Assembly: GCA_027887005.1 (NCBI GenBank)
Contig: JAPCJI010000008.1
Location: 2,162 to 66,161, forward strand
Length of the DNA stretch: 64,000 bases
Direction: 5' to 3'
DNA from: Nitrososphaerota archaeon
Lineage (GTDB): Archaea; Thermoproteota; Nitrososphaeria; Nitrososphaerales; Gagatemarchaeaceae
Positions 18,453-26,491 of this stretch are shown piece after piece. Every line of letters starts with the position of its first letter. Position 1 is the stretch's first letter. The notes under the pieces are model-generated. The model did no database searches. It was not told the origin of the DNA and was given only the letters and a program-made list of their open reading frames with translations. The translations under genes were made by a program, and so were the position numbers.

Positions 18453-19741
18453 GACCCACCGGAAGAGTTGTTGGTAATCCTTGTGTTGGCTCGGGCAACA
18501 CGTGTAAGCCCACCTGGAAAGACGGTCACCCTGCCCTCCCCGTCCTGCACCGCGTAGACCCGGAGGTCGATGTATCGTTCCTGAAACCCTCCTGACTTCC
18601 TATCGAATACCACGTGCTTTGAGAAGTCCAGCGGCTCCTGCGCTATGAAAGCGAATGGCCTGTCGATGATCCGTTGCGACATCTCTTTGCGGTGACTCTG
18701 ATCAAGATCCTGCATGATGTAGACTCCGAGTCCCCCGTACCCCTCCCTCGCCTTGAAGACCAGTTTACCAATGTTCTGGAGCGCAAACTGCCTGACCTTC
18801 GGATCCATGAGGTTGTAGGCCTTGGCGTTGGGTAGGATCGGTTCTTGCCCAAGGTAGCGGCGTATCATCTCCGGCACCCACAGGTATACCAGCTTGTCGT
18901 CCGCAACCCCTGTACCCAGCGCGTTCACGAGAATTACCTTGCCCTGCCGGTACGCTTCAGTAAGGCCCGGGACAAAGAGCTCTAGGTCTTCCACCCTTCG
19001 GTAGATGAGGTCGACCCTGACGTCCCCGTCGATGGTCCTGGCCCGGACTGTCCCGTCCTCAGCTATGAAGAGGTCGGAGCCTTCGACAAGAGGAATCCCT
19101 AGTATTTCGGATAGGTACCGATGCTCGAAGAACGCCGGGCCGTAGCTGCCATCGGTCAGGATGACACAGGCCGGCGAGCGGGTGTTGCAAAGAGATTCGA
19201 AGAGTCGCAGGTAGGTGCTGCGTATCTCGTAGTCTCTCACTCGGTACGGTCGCTTCAGTTCAGGGATGGCTCTTTCTGTGAGGTTCCTGCACTTGAGTTG
19301 GTACGATATTCCTGAAGGGATGCGCAGGTTGTCTTCCAGGACCACGTAGTTCCCGTCGCCTAGGTTCACAAGGTCGACGCCATAGATGTGCGCGTAGACG
19401 TCCTTGGCCGGCCTTACCATCTGGAGAGCGGGGTTGAAGTTGACTGAAGAGTAGACGACGCTCTTGGGGACCACGTCCTGCTTGCCGCAGTAGAGTTCCA
19501 GGAGGAACTTGTTGATCGCCCTTAGGCGCTGTTCGACGCCAGCGGCTATGCGTGACCACTCCTCGCGTCCGATCAGCCTGGGAACCCAGTCGATTGGGAC
19601 GGGCCTCCAACGGTGCGGGTCAAGCTGGAAGGTGAACGAGTCCAACTCAACCTGCCGGTTCGCGTTCGACCACCTCTTGCCGATCTCCCTTGCGCCGAGA
19701 CCGTTGATGGTCTCGATCATCTTAGAATAGGGAGCCCTCAC
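18425..19741 (-). CDS. circularly permuted ATP-grasp type 2 protein (DUF404/DUF407)
   Basis: 438 aa. Family-typical length, segments (LLELYCGKQDVVP, VVLEDNLRIPSG, ERYIDLRVYAV) and genomic context. The GTG start could instead be the ATG 21 nt downstream. Confidence 0.75.
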   Translation of the reverse strand: MRAPYSKMIETINGLGAREIGKRWSNANRQVELDSFTFQLDPHRWRPVPIDWVPRLIGREEWSRIAAGVEQRLRAINKFLLELYCGKQDVVPKSVVYSSVNFNPALQMVRPAKDVYAHIYGVDLVNLGDGNYVVLEDNLRIPSGISYQLKCRNLTERAIPELKRPYRVRDYEIRSTYLRLFESLCNTRSPACVILTDGSYGPAFFEHRYLSEILGIPLVEGSDLFIAEDGTVRARTIDGDVRVDLIYRRVEDLELFVPGLTEAYRQGKVILVNALGTGVADDKLVYLWVPEMIRRYLGQEPILPNAKAYNLMDPKVRQFALQNIGKLVFKAREGYGGLGVYIMQDLDQSHRKEMSQRIIDRPFAFIAQEPLDFSKHVVFDRKSGGFQERYIDLRVYAVQDGEGRVTVFPGGLTRVARANTRITNNSSGGSCKPTWVLK

Positions 19742-20019
19742 GCTCCTATCTGGACCGAAGACTTCATTGTTGTCTGATGGAATCGGTGTTTGCAGGGATG
19801 TGAAAGAGAAAATGGACGAGAAAAACGTTTAGCCCACCTGGAGGGTCGTTGTCATGCGTAAAGCCAGCAAAGAGAATGTTTCCCCAGGTCTGCAAGGCTT
19901 AGACTGCATTGACTGCCCGAGGCACAACATCCGCTTTCAGTTTAGCAATCGCCTCTCCAGAATTGCCAATCTTGTGCAAGTCTTAATTATAGGAGGGTCG
20001 AAATGGGGACGAAGGAAAA

Positions 20020-20235
20020 ATGAGACGAGCGATTCCAATCGTAGTGGGCATCATACTTCTTCTGCTCGGAATTGTATGGGGGGCGCAGGGAGCCGGGGTA
20101 GCAGGGTCAAACAGTTACATGGACAGCAACCCGACCTTCATTAGCCTGGGCGCAGTTGTCGCCGTTATCGGGGTCGTGTTCATCGCCATCGGGACCTTCT
20201 GGAGAACCAAAACCGCCCCGTCTTCGACTTCGTAA
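20020..20235 (+). CDS. small two-TM membrane protein, hypothetical
   Basis: ATG about 30 nt downstream of a TATA-like cttaattatagg. Confidence 0.4.
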   Translation: MRRAIPIVVGIILLLLGIVWGAQGAGVAGSNSYMDSNPTFISLGAVVAVIGVVFIAIGTFWRTKTAPSSTS

Positions 20236-20292
20236 CCACACGCGATCGCCGCGGTTCAATGCACATCGGCTGCGGATTCCACCGAGACGATT

Positions 20293-21369
20293 CTAACCGA
20301 ATGTGAACGTGTAGAGTTTGAACCCGGGACCTGCGATTATCTCCAACTCATGCCATCCGTAGGAGGGCCCATTGACGATGTCGTAAAGCCTCGCCGAGCC
20401 TATGTTCACAGACGCAACGCCCTGATGCAGCATCACGTCGCTCCCGACGTATGTCGGAGACAGATTGTTGCCGTCCAACCTTACCTCTATCACACTGGAA
20501 TTCCCCTCCGCGACGACGTTGACGTTCTTGGCCTGGTAGATCAGGAACAGCTTCGAGCCGTTTCCAACCGACACCATGCCGTCAGGCGCGTTGTACCATT
20601 CGCCCGAGAAGTACACGGTGTTGTTCTGCATGTTCCCGGTGATGGTGTAGTCGACGACCTGTCTCGGTGAGAATCCCTGAGGGTTCCCTATCGATGACCT
20701 TGCTGTGTTGTAACCGACGTAGATCTCCGGGGTTCCTATCTTGCCGAAATCCACGCTGGTCGCGTTCACAGAGTTGGCAACCACCCCCGCGCTCACATTG
20801 TACCCCGCCTTCTGCAGCAACCCTATGATCAGCGTTTCGGTGGTGTTGTATCCCCCCTCTCCTATGTGCGTCTCCCTGATGTTTCCCTTCGCGTCTATGA
20901 GGTAGTCTGCCGGCCAGTAGTGGTTGTTGTAGGCGTTCCAGGTGGCGGAGTTGCTGTCCAAGGCGACGGGGTAGTTTATCCCGAACGACCTGACCGCTGC
21001 CAAGACGTTGCTGTAGTTCTTCTCAAACTGGAACTCGGGGGTGTGCACGCCTACGATCACCAGCCCGTTGTTCCCGTATTTGTCGAACCAAGCGTTGAGG
21101 TAAGGGATCGTCCGTATGCAGTTGATGCAGGAGTAGGTCCAGAAGTCCACCAGGACCACCTTCCCACTCAGCCCCGAAATGTTCAGGGGCTGGGTGTTGA
21201 TCCAGGCTGCTATGCCCTGAAAGTTCGGGGCCGGGCCAAGGTTGGGGAGGTTCGACACGTTTTCGACGGTTTGAGATGGGCTGAGAAACGGGAGTAGGAC
21301 CGACACACCTGCCGCAACTATCACGATGCCAACGATTCCAAATACGATCACGTACGCGTTGAGCCTCAT
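20293..21369 (-). CDS. membrane-anchored thioredoxin-like (TlpA/redoxin) protein with a DipZ-like C-terminal beta domain
   Basis: N-terminal TM segment, the CxxC motif WTYSCINCIRTIP, then a ~150-aa beta-rich C-domain. Confidence 0.7.
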   Translation of the reverse strand: MRLNAYVIVFGIVGIVIVAAGVSVLLPFLSPSQTVENVSNLPNLGPAPNFQGIAAWINTQPLNISGLSGKVVLVDFWTYSCINCIRTIPYLNAWFDKYGNNGLVIVGVHTPEFQFEKNYSNVLAAVRSFGINYPVALDSNSATWNAYNNHYWPADYLIDAKGNIRETHIGEGGYNTTETLIIGLLQKAGYNVSAGVVANSVNATSVDFGKIGTPEIYVGYNTARSSIGNPQGFSPRQVVDYTITGNMQNNTVYFSGEWYNAPDGMVSVGNGSKLFLIYQAKNVNVVAEGNSSVIEVRLDGNNLSPTYVGSDVMLHQGVASVNIGSARLYDIVNGPSYGWHELEIIAGPGFKLYTFTFG

Positions 21370-22115
21370 CGTTTCGCCGCCTCCACTGAGGTGCCAGACA
21401 CGAACGCCAGGAATGCCGGCACGAGCGGCAGTATGCAGGGCGAGATGAAAGTCAGGAACCCCGCGGAGAGAGCGATCAGAAAGTTGAGCTGGGACTGGGC
21501 GAGTGGGTTTGCCAAAGAGCCCAGTGGGCCAACCCCATTTAGGAAGATCTGTAGGATTCCGATGTAGTTGGTGACCACGAGCAACCCCACCCCTATCAAG
21601 AACAGCCCGCTGACGACGTTGAAGTACCTCAGGAACCTCCCACTCTTCTTAAGAAACCCGGAGACCCTCGATACGAACGCGCCGGCTACGAGGAAGGGGA
21701 TGCCCAACCCAAGGGAGAACGCCATGAGGTATAGGAATCCTAGTCCGGGTGAGACGGCTGCGAGGGTGTAGACAGAGCCGAGAATCGCGCCCACGCAAGG
21801 GGTCCACCCTAGGGCGAAAGCGACCCCGAACGCTACTGACGTCACATAGTTGTTCTTGAACTTCCTCGGGCGAATCTTGTGCTCGACGCTGAAGAACGGT
21901 ATCGCGTACCTGACAGATGCGATCATGAGGATTCCGAAGACCACAATGACGGACCCACCGACCAATCTGATCGTGTTGATGGCACCGAGCGAAGCAGTGG
22001 AAAGAACAGTCTGCAGCAGCACCCCCACGATTGAAAACACGAAGGTAAACCCTAGAACGAAGAACACCGAATTCAGGAAGACCTCCTCTCTGGCCCTCGC
22101 CGGATCTGTCGACAT
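21366..22115 (-). CDS. ccdA: CcdA/DsbD-family thiol:disulfide electron transporter
   Basis: FISPCILPLVP and GWTPCVGAILG conserved cysteine motifs, about 6 TM segments. Stop overlaps the downstream thioredoxin-like gene. Confidence 0.8.
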   Translation of the reverse strand: MSTDPARAREEVFLNSVFFVLGFTFVFSIVGVLLQTVLSTASLGAINTIRLVGGSVIVVFGILMIASVRYAIPFFSVEHKIRPRKFKNNYVTSVAFGVAFALGWTPCVGAILGSVYTLAAVSPGLGFLYLMAFSLGLGIPFLVAGAFVSRVSGFLKKSGRFLRYFNVVSGLFLIGVGLLVVTNYIGILQIFLNGVGPLGSLANPLAQSQLNFLIALSAGFLTFISPCILPLVPAFLAFVSGTSVEAAKR

Positions 22116-22288
22116 GTTGCCAGGTCACACGGGTCTCATTACAGGCGTTAGGCAGCCGCCTTGGTCGCGTCGTTCATAGCCAGAACTGGCTTGGAAAATG
22201 ACCTGCATGTTCTCAGTTTCTCACGTGGACTCCGATATTTATGGAGATAGCAGAGGCCGAACCTCAGGAGCGTCAGGGTTCCAGAAGT

Positions 22289-22302
22289 TGCCCCGGCCGG
22301 GA
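22289..22302 (+). repeat. copy of the tRNA-Glu 3' end (tgccccggccggga), candidate att remnant
   Basis: 14/14 identical to 28549-28562, in the same orientation, inside a 418-bp non-coding gap. Confidence 0.5.
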
Positions 22303-22533
22303 ATATGAAACTGCGCGTACGAGTTCCTGACGAGTTCTAAGCCCTGCGAGGCTCCGGGTCCGAATCCCCAAGCGGCCCCTCCCCGGTTTTCACAGCGGAC
22401 TCAGCGTAACACGTTGATGAGCATCTCTATGTCTCCCGCAAACAGATGCAAACAGGGTTCGAGTCAAATAAGCCATTGTAAGAACAGAGACGAAGTGCGG
22501 TGCCAGGATTCCCACTGGCATCACTGGGTTGGC

Positions 22534-23403
22534 TTAGCTAGGCAAATGCAGAGCTGCTTCAAGCTCGGTCGTCTGGCGAAGCCAGGTTGAGGGGAGGCTC
22601 ATGGCACTCGCAATAAGGCAGAACCCTCCAGCAGTAAACGGGATGAATGCCACCAGAAGGTCTACGAAGGGGTCGCCCGAGGACGGTATCAGAGTGGATT
22701 CTCTCAGGACACCAAAGAGTTCCAGCGCGAAGAACAAGCCGAACCACATCGCGTGTCTTCGGATTGCAGCATCCTTGCCCCTCAGAGCGAAGACAGGTAG
22801 GCCCACAGCACCCGCGGCAAAGGTGACGAAGGGCGGAAGCCAGAATGCCCCCTGTTGGGCTACGTGCTGCGTTGCTCCTGAAACGGTCACAGTGTACGTG
22901 GATGGGCTGAACAAGTACGCGACAGCTATGACGACGGAGACCACGAACGCGATCCATAGAACCGCCCGCAATTTCGTCTCGCGACCAGCGCGCTGGGATT
23001 GCGAGCCAATGCCCGCCACAGGAATCACCGTCCTGTCCACTCCGTAGAGCATCATCGCTGCCCCGACGTACACAATCATGAATTGCGCCTGTTGATAGAG
23101 GAAACCTCCGAGCAAGCCTGCTCTGAGAAGTGCCAGGAAAGAAGTCGCGCCGACGAAGACAATCGCGAACCCCAGGGCAGCGAGTCCTGTACCGGTGGCT
23201 CGAGCCCGCTGGCCCTGGTCGTTGAATTTGACCCTCACTCTGAGGGCGAATATGGCCGCTGTCAGCGCGACAATTATGATCAAGGCGGTCAATCCGTAGT
23301 ATGTGGGGTCAAAGACGACGTTTTCGAGGCTCGGCCCTGTGTTTGGCGAGATGCTTTCCGACGAAACGGCGACCGATTGCAGGATTCCTGGGAGTGGATT
23401 CAC
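22534..23403 (-). CDS. polytopic membrane protein, hypothetical
   Basis: 289 aa with about 7 hydrophobic helices. No recognisable motif. Confidence 0.45.
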   Translation of the reverse strand: MNPLPGILQSVAVSSESISPNTGPSLENVVFDPTYYGLTALIIIVALTAAIFALRVRVKFNDQGQRARATGTGLAALGFAIVFVGATSFLALLRAGLLGGFLYQQAQFMIVYVGAAMMLYGVDRTVIPVAGIGSQSQRAGRETKLRAVLWIAFVVSVVIAVAYLFSPSTYTVTVSGATQHVAQQGAFWLPPFVTFAAGAVGLPVFALRGKDAAIRRHAMWFGLFFALELFGVLRESTLIPSSGDPFVDLLVAFIPFTAGGFCLIASAMSLPSTWLRQTTELEAALHLPS

Positions 23404-23508
23404 GCCGGATTATGCAGACACCAAGTGAATACTTAACAAACCGTCTGGATGTAAAGTGGGGATAACGTCCACATCGGTTATATCTGCGAAGCGCCAGTAA
23501 CCGTAGAA

Positions 23509-23877
23509 ATGGACGGATCTGCCAAGGCGACTGAAGAAACTGTTGAGATGGGGCTAGGCGACCTTGAAGAAGCCTTGAGATTCGTGAAGGCGGACGCGTC
23601 AAACCTTCTGAGTGACCTTCTCAGGGGCATCTCCATGTGGGGCTTCACCGCCCTGATGGCGTTCCTTCTTGCCGCCATATGTCTCGTCCTTTCACAGGTC
23701 ATCCTCACCTATGCCCATCCATACGGTTCTCTCCCACCAATCCTCGACATCCTGTACGTCAGCTACGGATTCGCGATAGGGTCGGCATTTCTTGGCTTCG
23801 TCCTTTTCTGGAGATACTACTCGCTCAGGAAGAGATACGCGAGACTCTTTGAAATAGTGGGAAGCCTGCGCCGATAG
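23509..23877 (+). CDS. two-TM membrane protein, hypothetical
   Basis: 122 aa with an ATG start. Hydrophobic segments WGFTALMAFLLAAICLVL and YVSYGFAIGSAFLGFVLF. Confidence 0.4.
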   Translation: MDGSAKATEETVEMGLGDLEEALRFVKADASNLLSDLLRGISMWGFTALMAFLLAAICLVLSQVILTYAHPYGSLPPILDILYVSYGFAIGSAFLGFVLFWRYYSLRKRYARLFEIVGSLRR

Positions 23878-23881
23878 AGAC

Positions 23882-24184
23882 GTGAGCTCTCTCCCCGGCG
23901 TCTCGAACAGAATACTTCAGTACCTCAACAAGATAAGTGACGAAGCGGGCAGAGCTAAGAGAATGGATTTCCTGAGAATTGCAGGGAACGAAGCCAACCT
24001 CGACGACTGGGTGAAGTACCTGGTCCAGTGCAATCTGGTAAGACTCGAGGTATCTCCGGCAGATGGAAGAACCACATACGTCATGACTGGATTCGGTCAT
24101 AAGGTGCATCAGATTTTGAAGGATTATCATTATCTCGGCCCACTCTTCGGCGACCTCAGCAGAAACAGGCGTAGGCGTCAATAG
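23882..24184 (+). CDS. small winged-helix-like DNA-binding protein, hypothetical
   Basis: 100 aa. RILQYLNKISDEAGRAKRMDFLRIAG...VKYLVQCNLVRLE resembles a wHTH. Begins 4 nt after the preceding ORF. Confidence 0.4.
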   Translation: MSSLPGVSNRILQYLNKISDEAGRAKRMDFLRIAGNEANLDDWVKYLVQCNLVRLEVSPADGRTTYVMTGFGHKVHQILKDYHYLGPLFGDLSRNRRRRQ

Positions 24185-24517
24185 GGAGCACACGAACGCA
24201 ATCGTAAGGCGTAAGGAAGTTTCAAGCGAGACTGCCACCAAGTCAGCGTTGAAATCCGAATTTGAGCAGGGAAGCGGAAAGGAAGGAGAAGTGAACCCGT
24301 AGGTTTGATGCCCAGGCCGGGACCTGAGCACCCATATGGGTGCCCTTTCGTTCTGCCAGATGCTTGGGCAGGCGACCACGATATGGCGGCAACATGATTG
24401 CATTCATACCAGGGTTGTGCGGTCGCCGCGCAGTTGAACTTGGGTTCAAATCCTAACGGGATCCCCCTTCATGCTCGCTTCATGTGAGGATGCGCTCTGT
24501 CTGACACTACGCTTCCC

Positions 24518-25726
24518 ATGTCTGAGAAACGTGGACTGGCCGTAAATACGCTTCAACACGCCTCGTTGTCGAGAGATTTGGCTCCGCGAAAGCGGACCCC
24601 TCTACGGGCCCTCATAGTTATTTCCATTCTCATGCTACTTGTTCTTGTCAGCCTTCCCGAACAGCCCTTGGCAGTGTACGAGGGTTCCCTCCTGGGTTTA
24701 GTAGGGGTTTGGACCGTCGCTCTCTTCGTCTTTAGAAGCCGCAGCCATACGTTGCCGCAACGTCGGCAACAGCCTGAAAGGGAGCATACGAATCCGACTG
24801 TTCTCGCAGAAACCTCAGCGTCCTTGAGCCAACCAACTGTGGCTTCCAACGGTCTGCGAGAGGCGATGCGAAAACACCCGCTGTTCTGCTTCTTCTTGAT
24901 CGCCTACGCGTCCTCGTGGGTCGCTTTGATACCCGGCATCCTTTCGGTTTGGGGCTTCCTGCGGTTCGATTACACGATTTCATCCATCCTGAGCTCGTTT
25001 GCGGGACCGCCCGTGGCGGCCGTGATAATGACCTACATCACCGAGGGGAAAGCAGGCGTGAATGGCTTGCAGCGGCGTCTTAGACAACGAGGCGCCGGCA
25101 AGCCGTGGTATCTGTTCATACTGCCGTGCATTCCATCGCTGCTCTTGCTTGGGATAATTGTCCAGCCAGGAATGCTTGCGAGCTTTCAGGGTCTTACCCC
25201 CACCCTTTTGGTGACCTATCCTGCATACTTCTTCGTGGTCTTCTTTGGGGTTGCGCTGCCCGAGGAAATCGGTTGGCGCGGCTTCGCGCTACCCCGCATG
25301 CAACCACGCTATGGACCGCTTTGGGGTACTCTGCTTCTAGGCGTCCTGTGGTCCTTCTGGCACCTGCCCCGCTTCCTGGCGCCGGACCAAGGGGGCGGGC
25401 CAGGCACGGGCATCGCCACCTTCCTCACAAACTTTTCCGTCTTCTTTCTCTTGCTTCTGGCATTGGCGATTATCTTCACTTGGGTCTTCAACTATACCGG
25501 AGGAAGCGTCTTCATCTCCAATTTGTTGCATGCCAGTATCGATACCCCAGCAGCTGTCTGGATACCCCTCTTCGCTGCCGTGAACGTGACGAGCATAGAC
25601 TTGGCCAACCTCATCGCGTTTGGAGTGCCAGCACTTTTGATTCTCATCCTGACCCGGGGTCGGCTTGGATACAGACCAGTGATTATGGCTGCCCCGAGGA
25701 AAGCGGAGGTCGTGCTGCAACCGTAG
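24518..25726 (+). CDS. CPBP family intramembrane glutamic endopeptidase (CAAX/Abi type) with a ~120-aa N-terminal extension
   Basis: LPEEIGWRGFALP, FWHLP and a later LLHASID motif. Confidence 0.75.
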   Translation: MSEKRGLAVNTLQHASLSRDLAPRKRTPLRALIVISILMLLVLVSLPEQPLAVYEGSLLGLVGVWTVALFVFRSRSHTLPQRRQQPEREHTNPTVLAETSASLSQPTVASNGLREAMRKHPLFCFFLIAYASSWVALIPGILSVWGFLRFDYTISSILSSFAGPPVAAVIMTYITEGKAGVNGLQRRLRQRGAGKPWYLFILPCIPSLLLLGIIVQPGMLASFQGLTPTLLVTYPAYFFVVFFGVALPEEIGWRGFALPRMQPRYGPLWGTLLLGVLWSFWHLPRFLAPDQGGGPGTGIATFLTNFSVFFLLLLALAIIFTWVFNYTGGSVFISNLLHASIDTPAAVWIPLFAAVNVTSIDLANLIAFGVPALLILILTRGRLGYRPVIMAAPRKAEVVLQP

Positions 25727-25781
25727 CGATTGACTCCCTAAACTTCATAGTCACGTTTGCCCTGACCAGGGATATCGCACA

Positions 25782-26270
25782 ATGAGCAAGAATTCAACTC
25801 ATGTCATTCGACGCGTGAACGCGACGCGTGAAAGAATCTACCGCGCGCTTGTTGATCCGATTGCGATTGCCAAGTGGCGGGCGCCAAATGGGATGACAAT
25901 GCGCGTGCATTCATTTGAAGCTCGCGAGGGTGGCCCGTTTCGGATTTCCCTCGAATATGACGATCCAACATCGAAAGGCAAAACTAGCGCGCGCACTGAC
26001 ACATATCATGGTCGATTCGTAAAGCTAGTTCCAAATGAGCAAGTCGTCGAAGTGGACGAGTTTGAATCCATGGACCCCGCGCTTGCAGGCGAGATGACAA
26101 TAACGATTACGCTTGTGGGAGCGGGTGGAAGCACCGACGTCATTGGCATACACGAAGGACTACCGCCGGGAGTGTCAACCGCCGACAACGAGCAGGGTTG
26201 GCGAATGGCACTCGGAAAGCTCGCCAAAATGGTTGAGACCAAAGAAAAACGCACCCGTAGCAGAACTTGA
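25782..26270 (+). CDS. SRPBCC / AHSA1-domain protein
   Basis: IRRVNATRERIYRALVDPIAIAKW is typical of Aha1-like SRPBCC proteins. Confidence 0.65.
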   Translation: MSKNSTHVIRRVNATRERIYRALVDPIAIAKWRAPNGMTMRVHSFEAREGGPFRISLEYDDPTSKGKTSARTDTYHGRFVKLVPNEQVVEVDEFESMDPALAGEMTITITLVGAGGSTDVIGIHEGLPPGVSTADNEQGWRMALGKLAKMVETKEKRTRSRT

Positions 26271-26338
26271 GAGGTCAAGGCTCTTGAACTTCTGACTCAT
26301 TGAAATGAATTGGGACGGTGGGGTTGGGTAGCAATAGT

Positions 26339-26350
26339 GTGCCCCGGCCG
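26339..26350 (+). repeat. partial copy of the tRNA-Glu 3' end (gtgccccggccg)
   Basis: 12/12 identical to 28548-28559. An upstream gaattggg box also recurs at similar spacing (32 vs 27 nt). Confidence 0.45.
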
Positions 26351-26491
26351 AGCTTAGCACCAACTAGCTAATTGCCCTGACATACTCTAGGTGAATGAAC
26401 CGGTAGGGAAAGGTCACCTTTGTGGACCATGCGTTAGCCCAGCCATCTTGAAAACCACCTCAAGACGACAATAGCAATAATGCTTGCGTGA

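Noticed and set aside
19854-20144. 96-aa ORF in the gap upstream of 20020..20235
   Set aside because: It starts before the TATA-like box, overlaps the better-supported small membrane ORF in another frame, and has an unconvincing composition.
24440-24464. T-arm-like sequence ttggg-ttcaaat-cctaa followed by cgggatc
   Set aside because: No matching 5' acceptor strand, D-arm or anticodon arm could be found upstream. It may be a tRNA scrap or chance. The nearby 7-bp inverted repeat ggcgacc/ggtcgcc (24371/24421) does not complete a tRNA.
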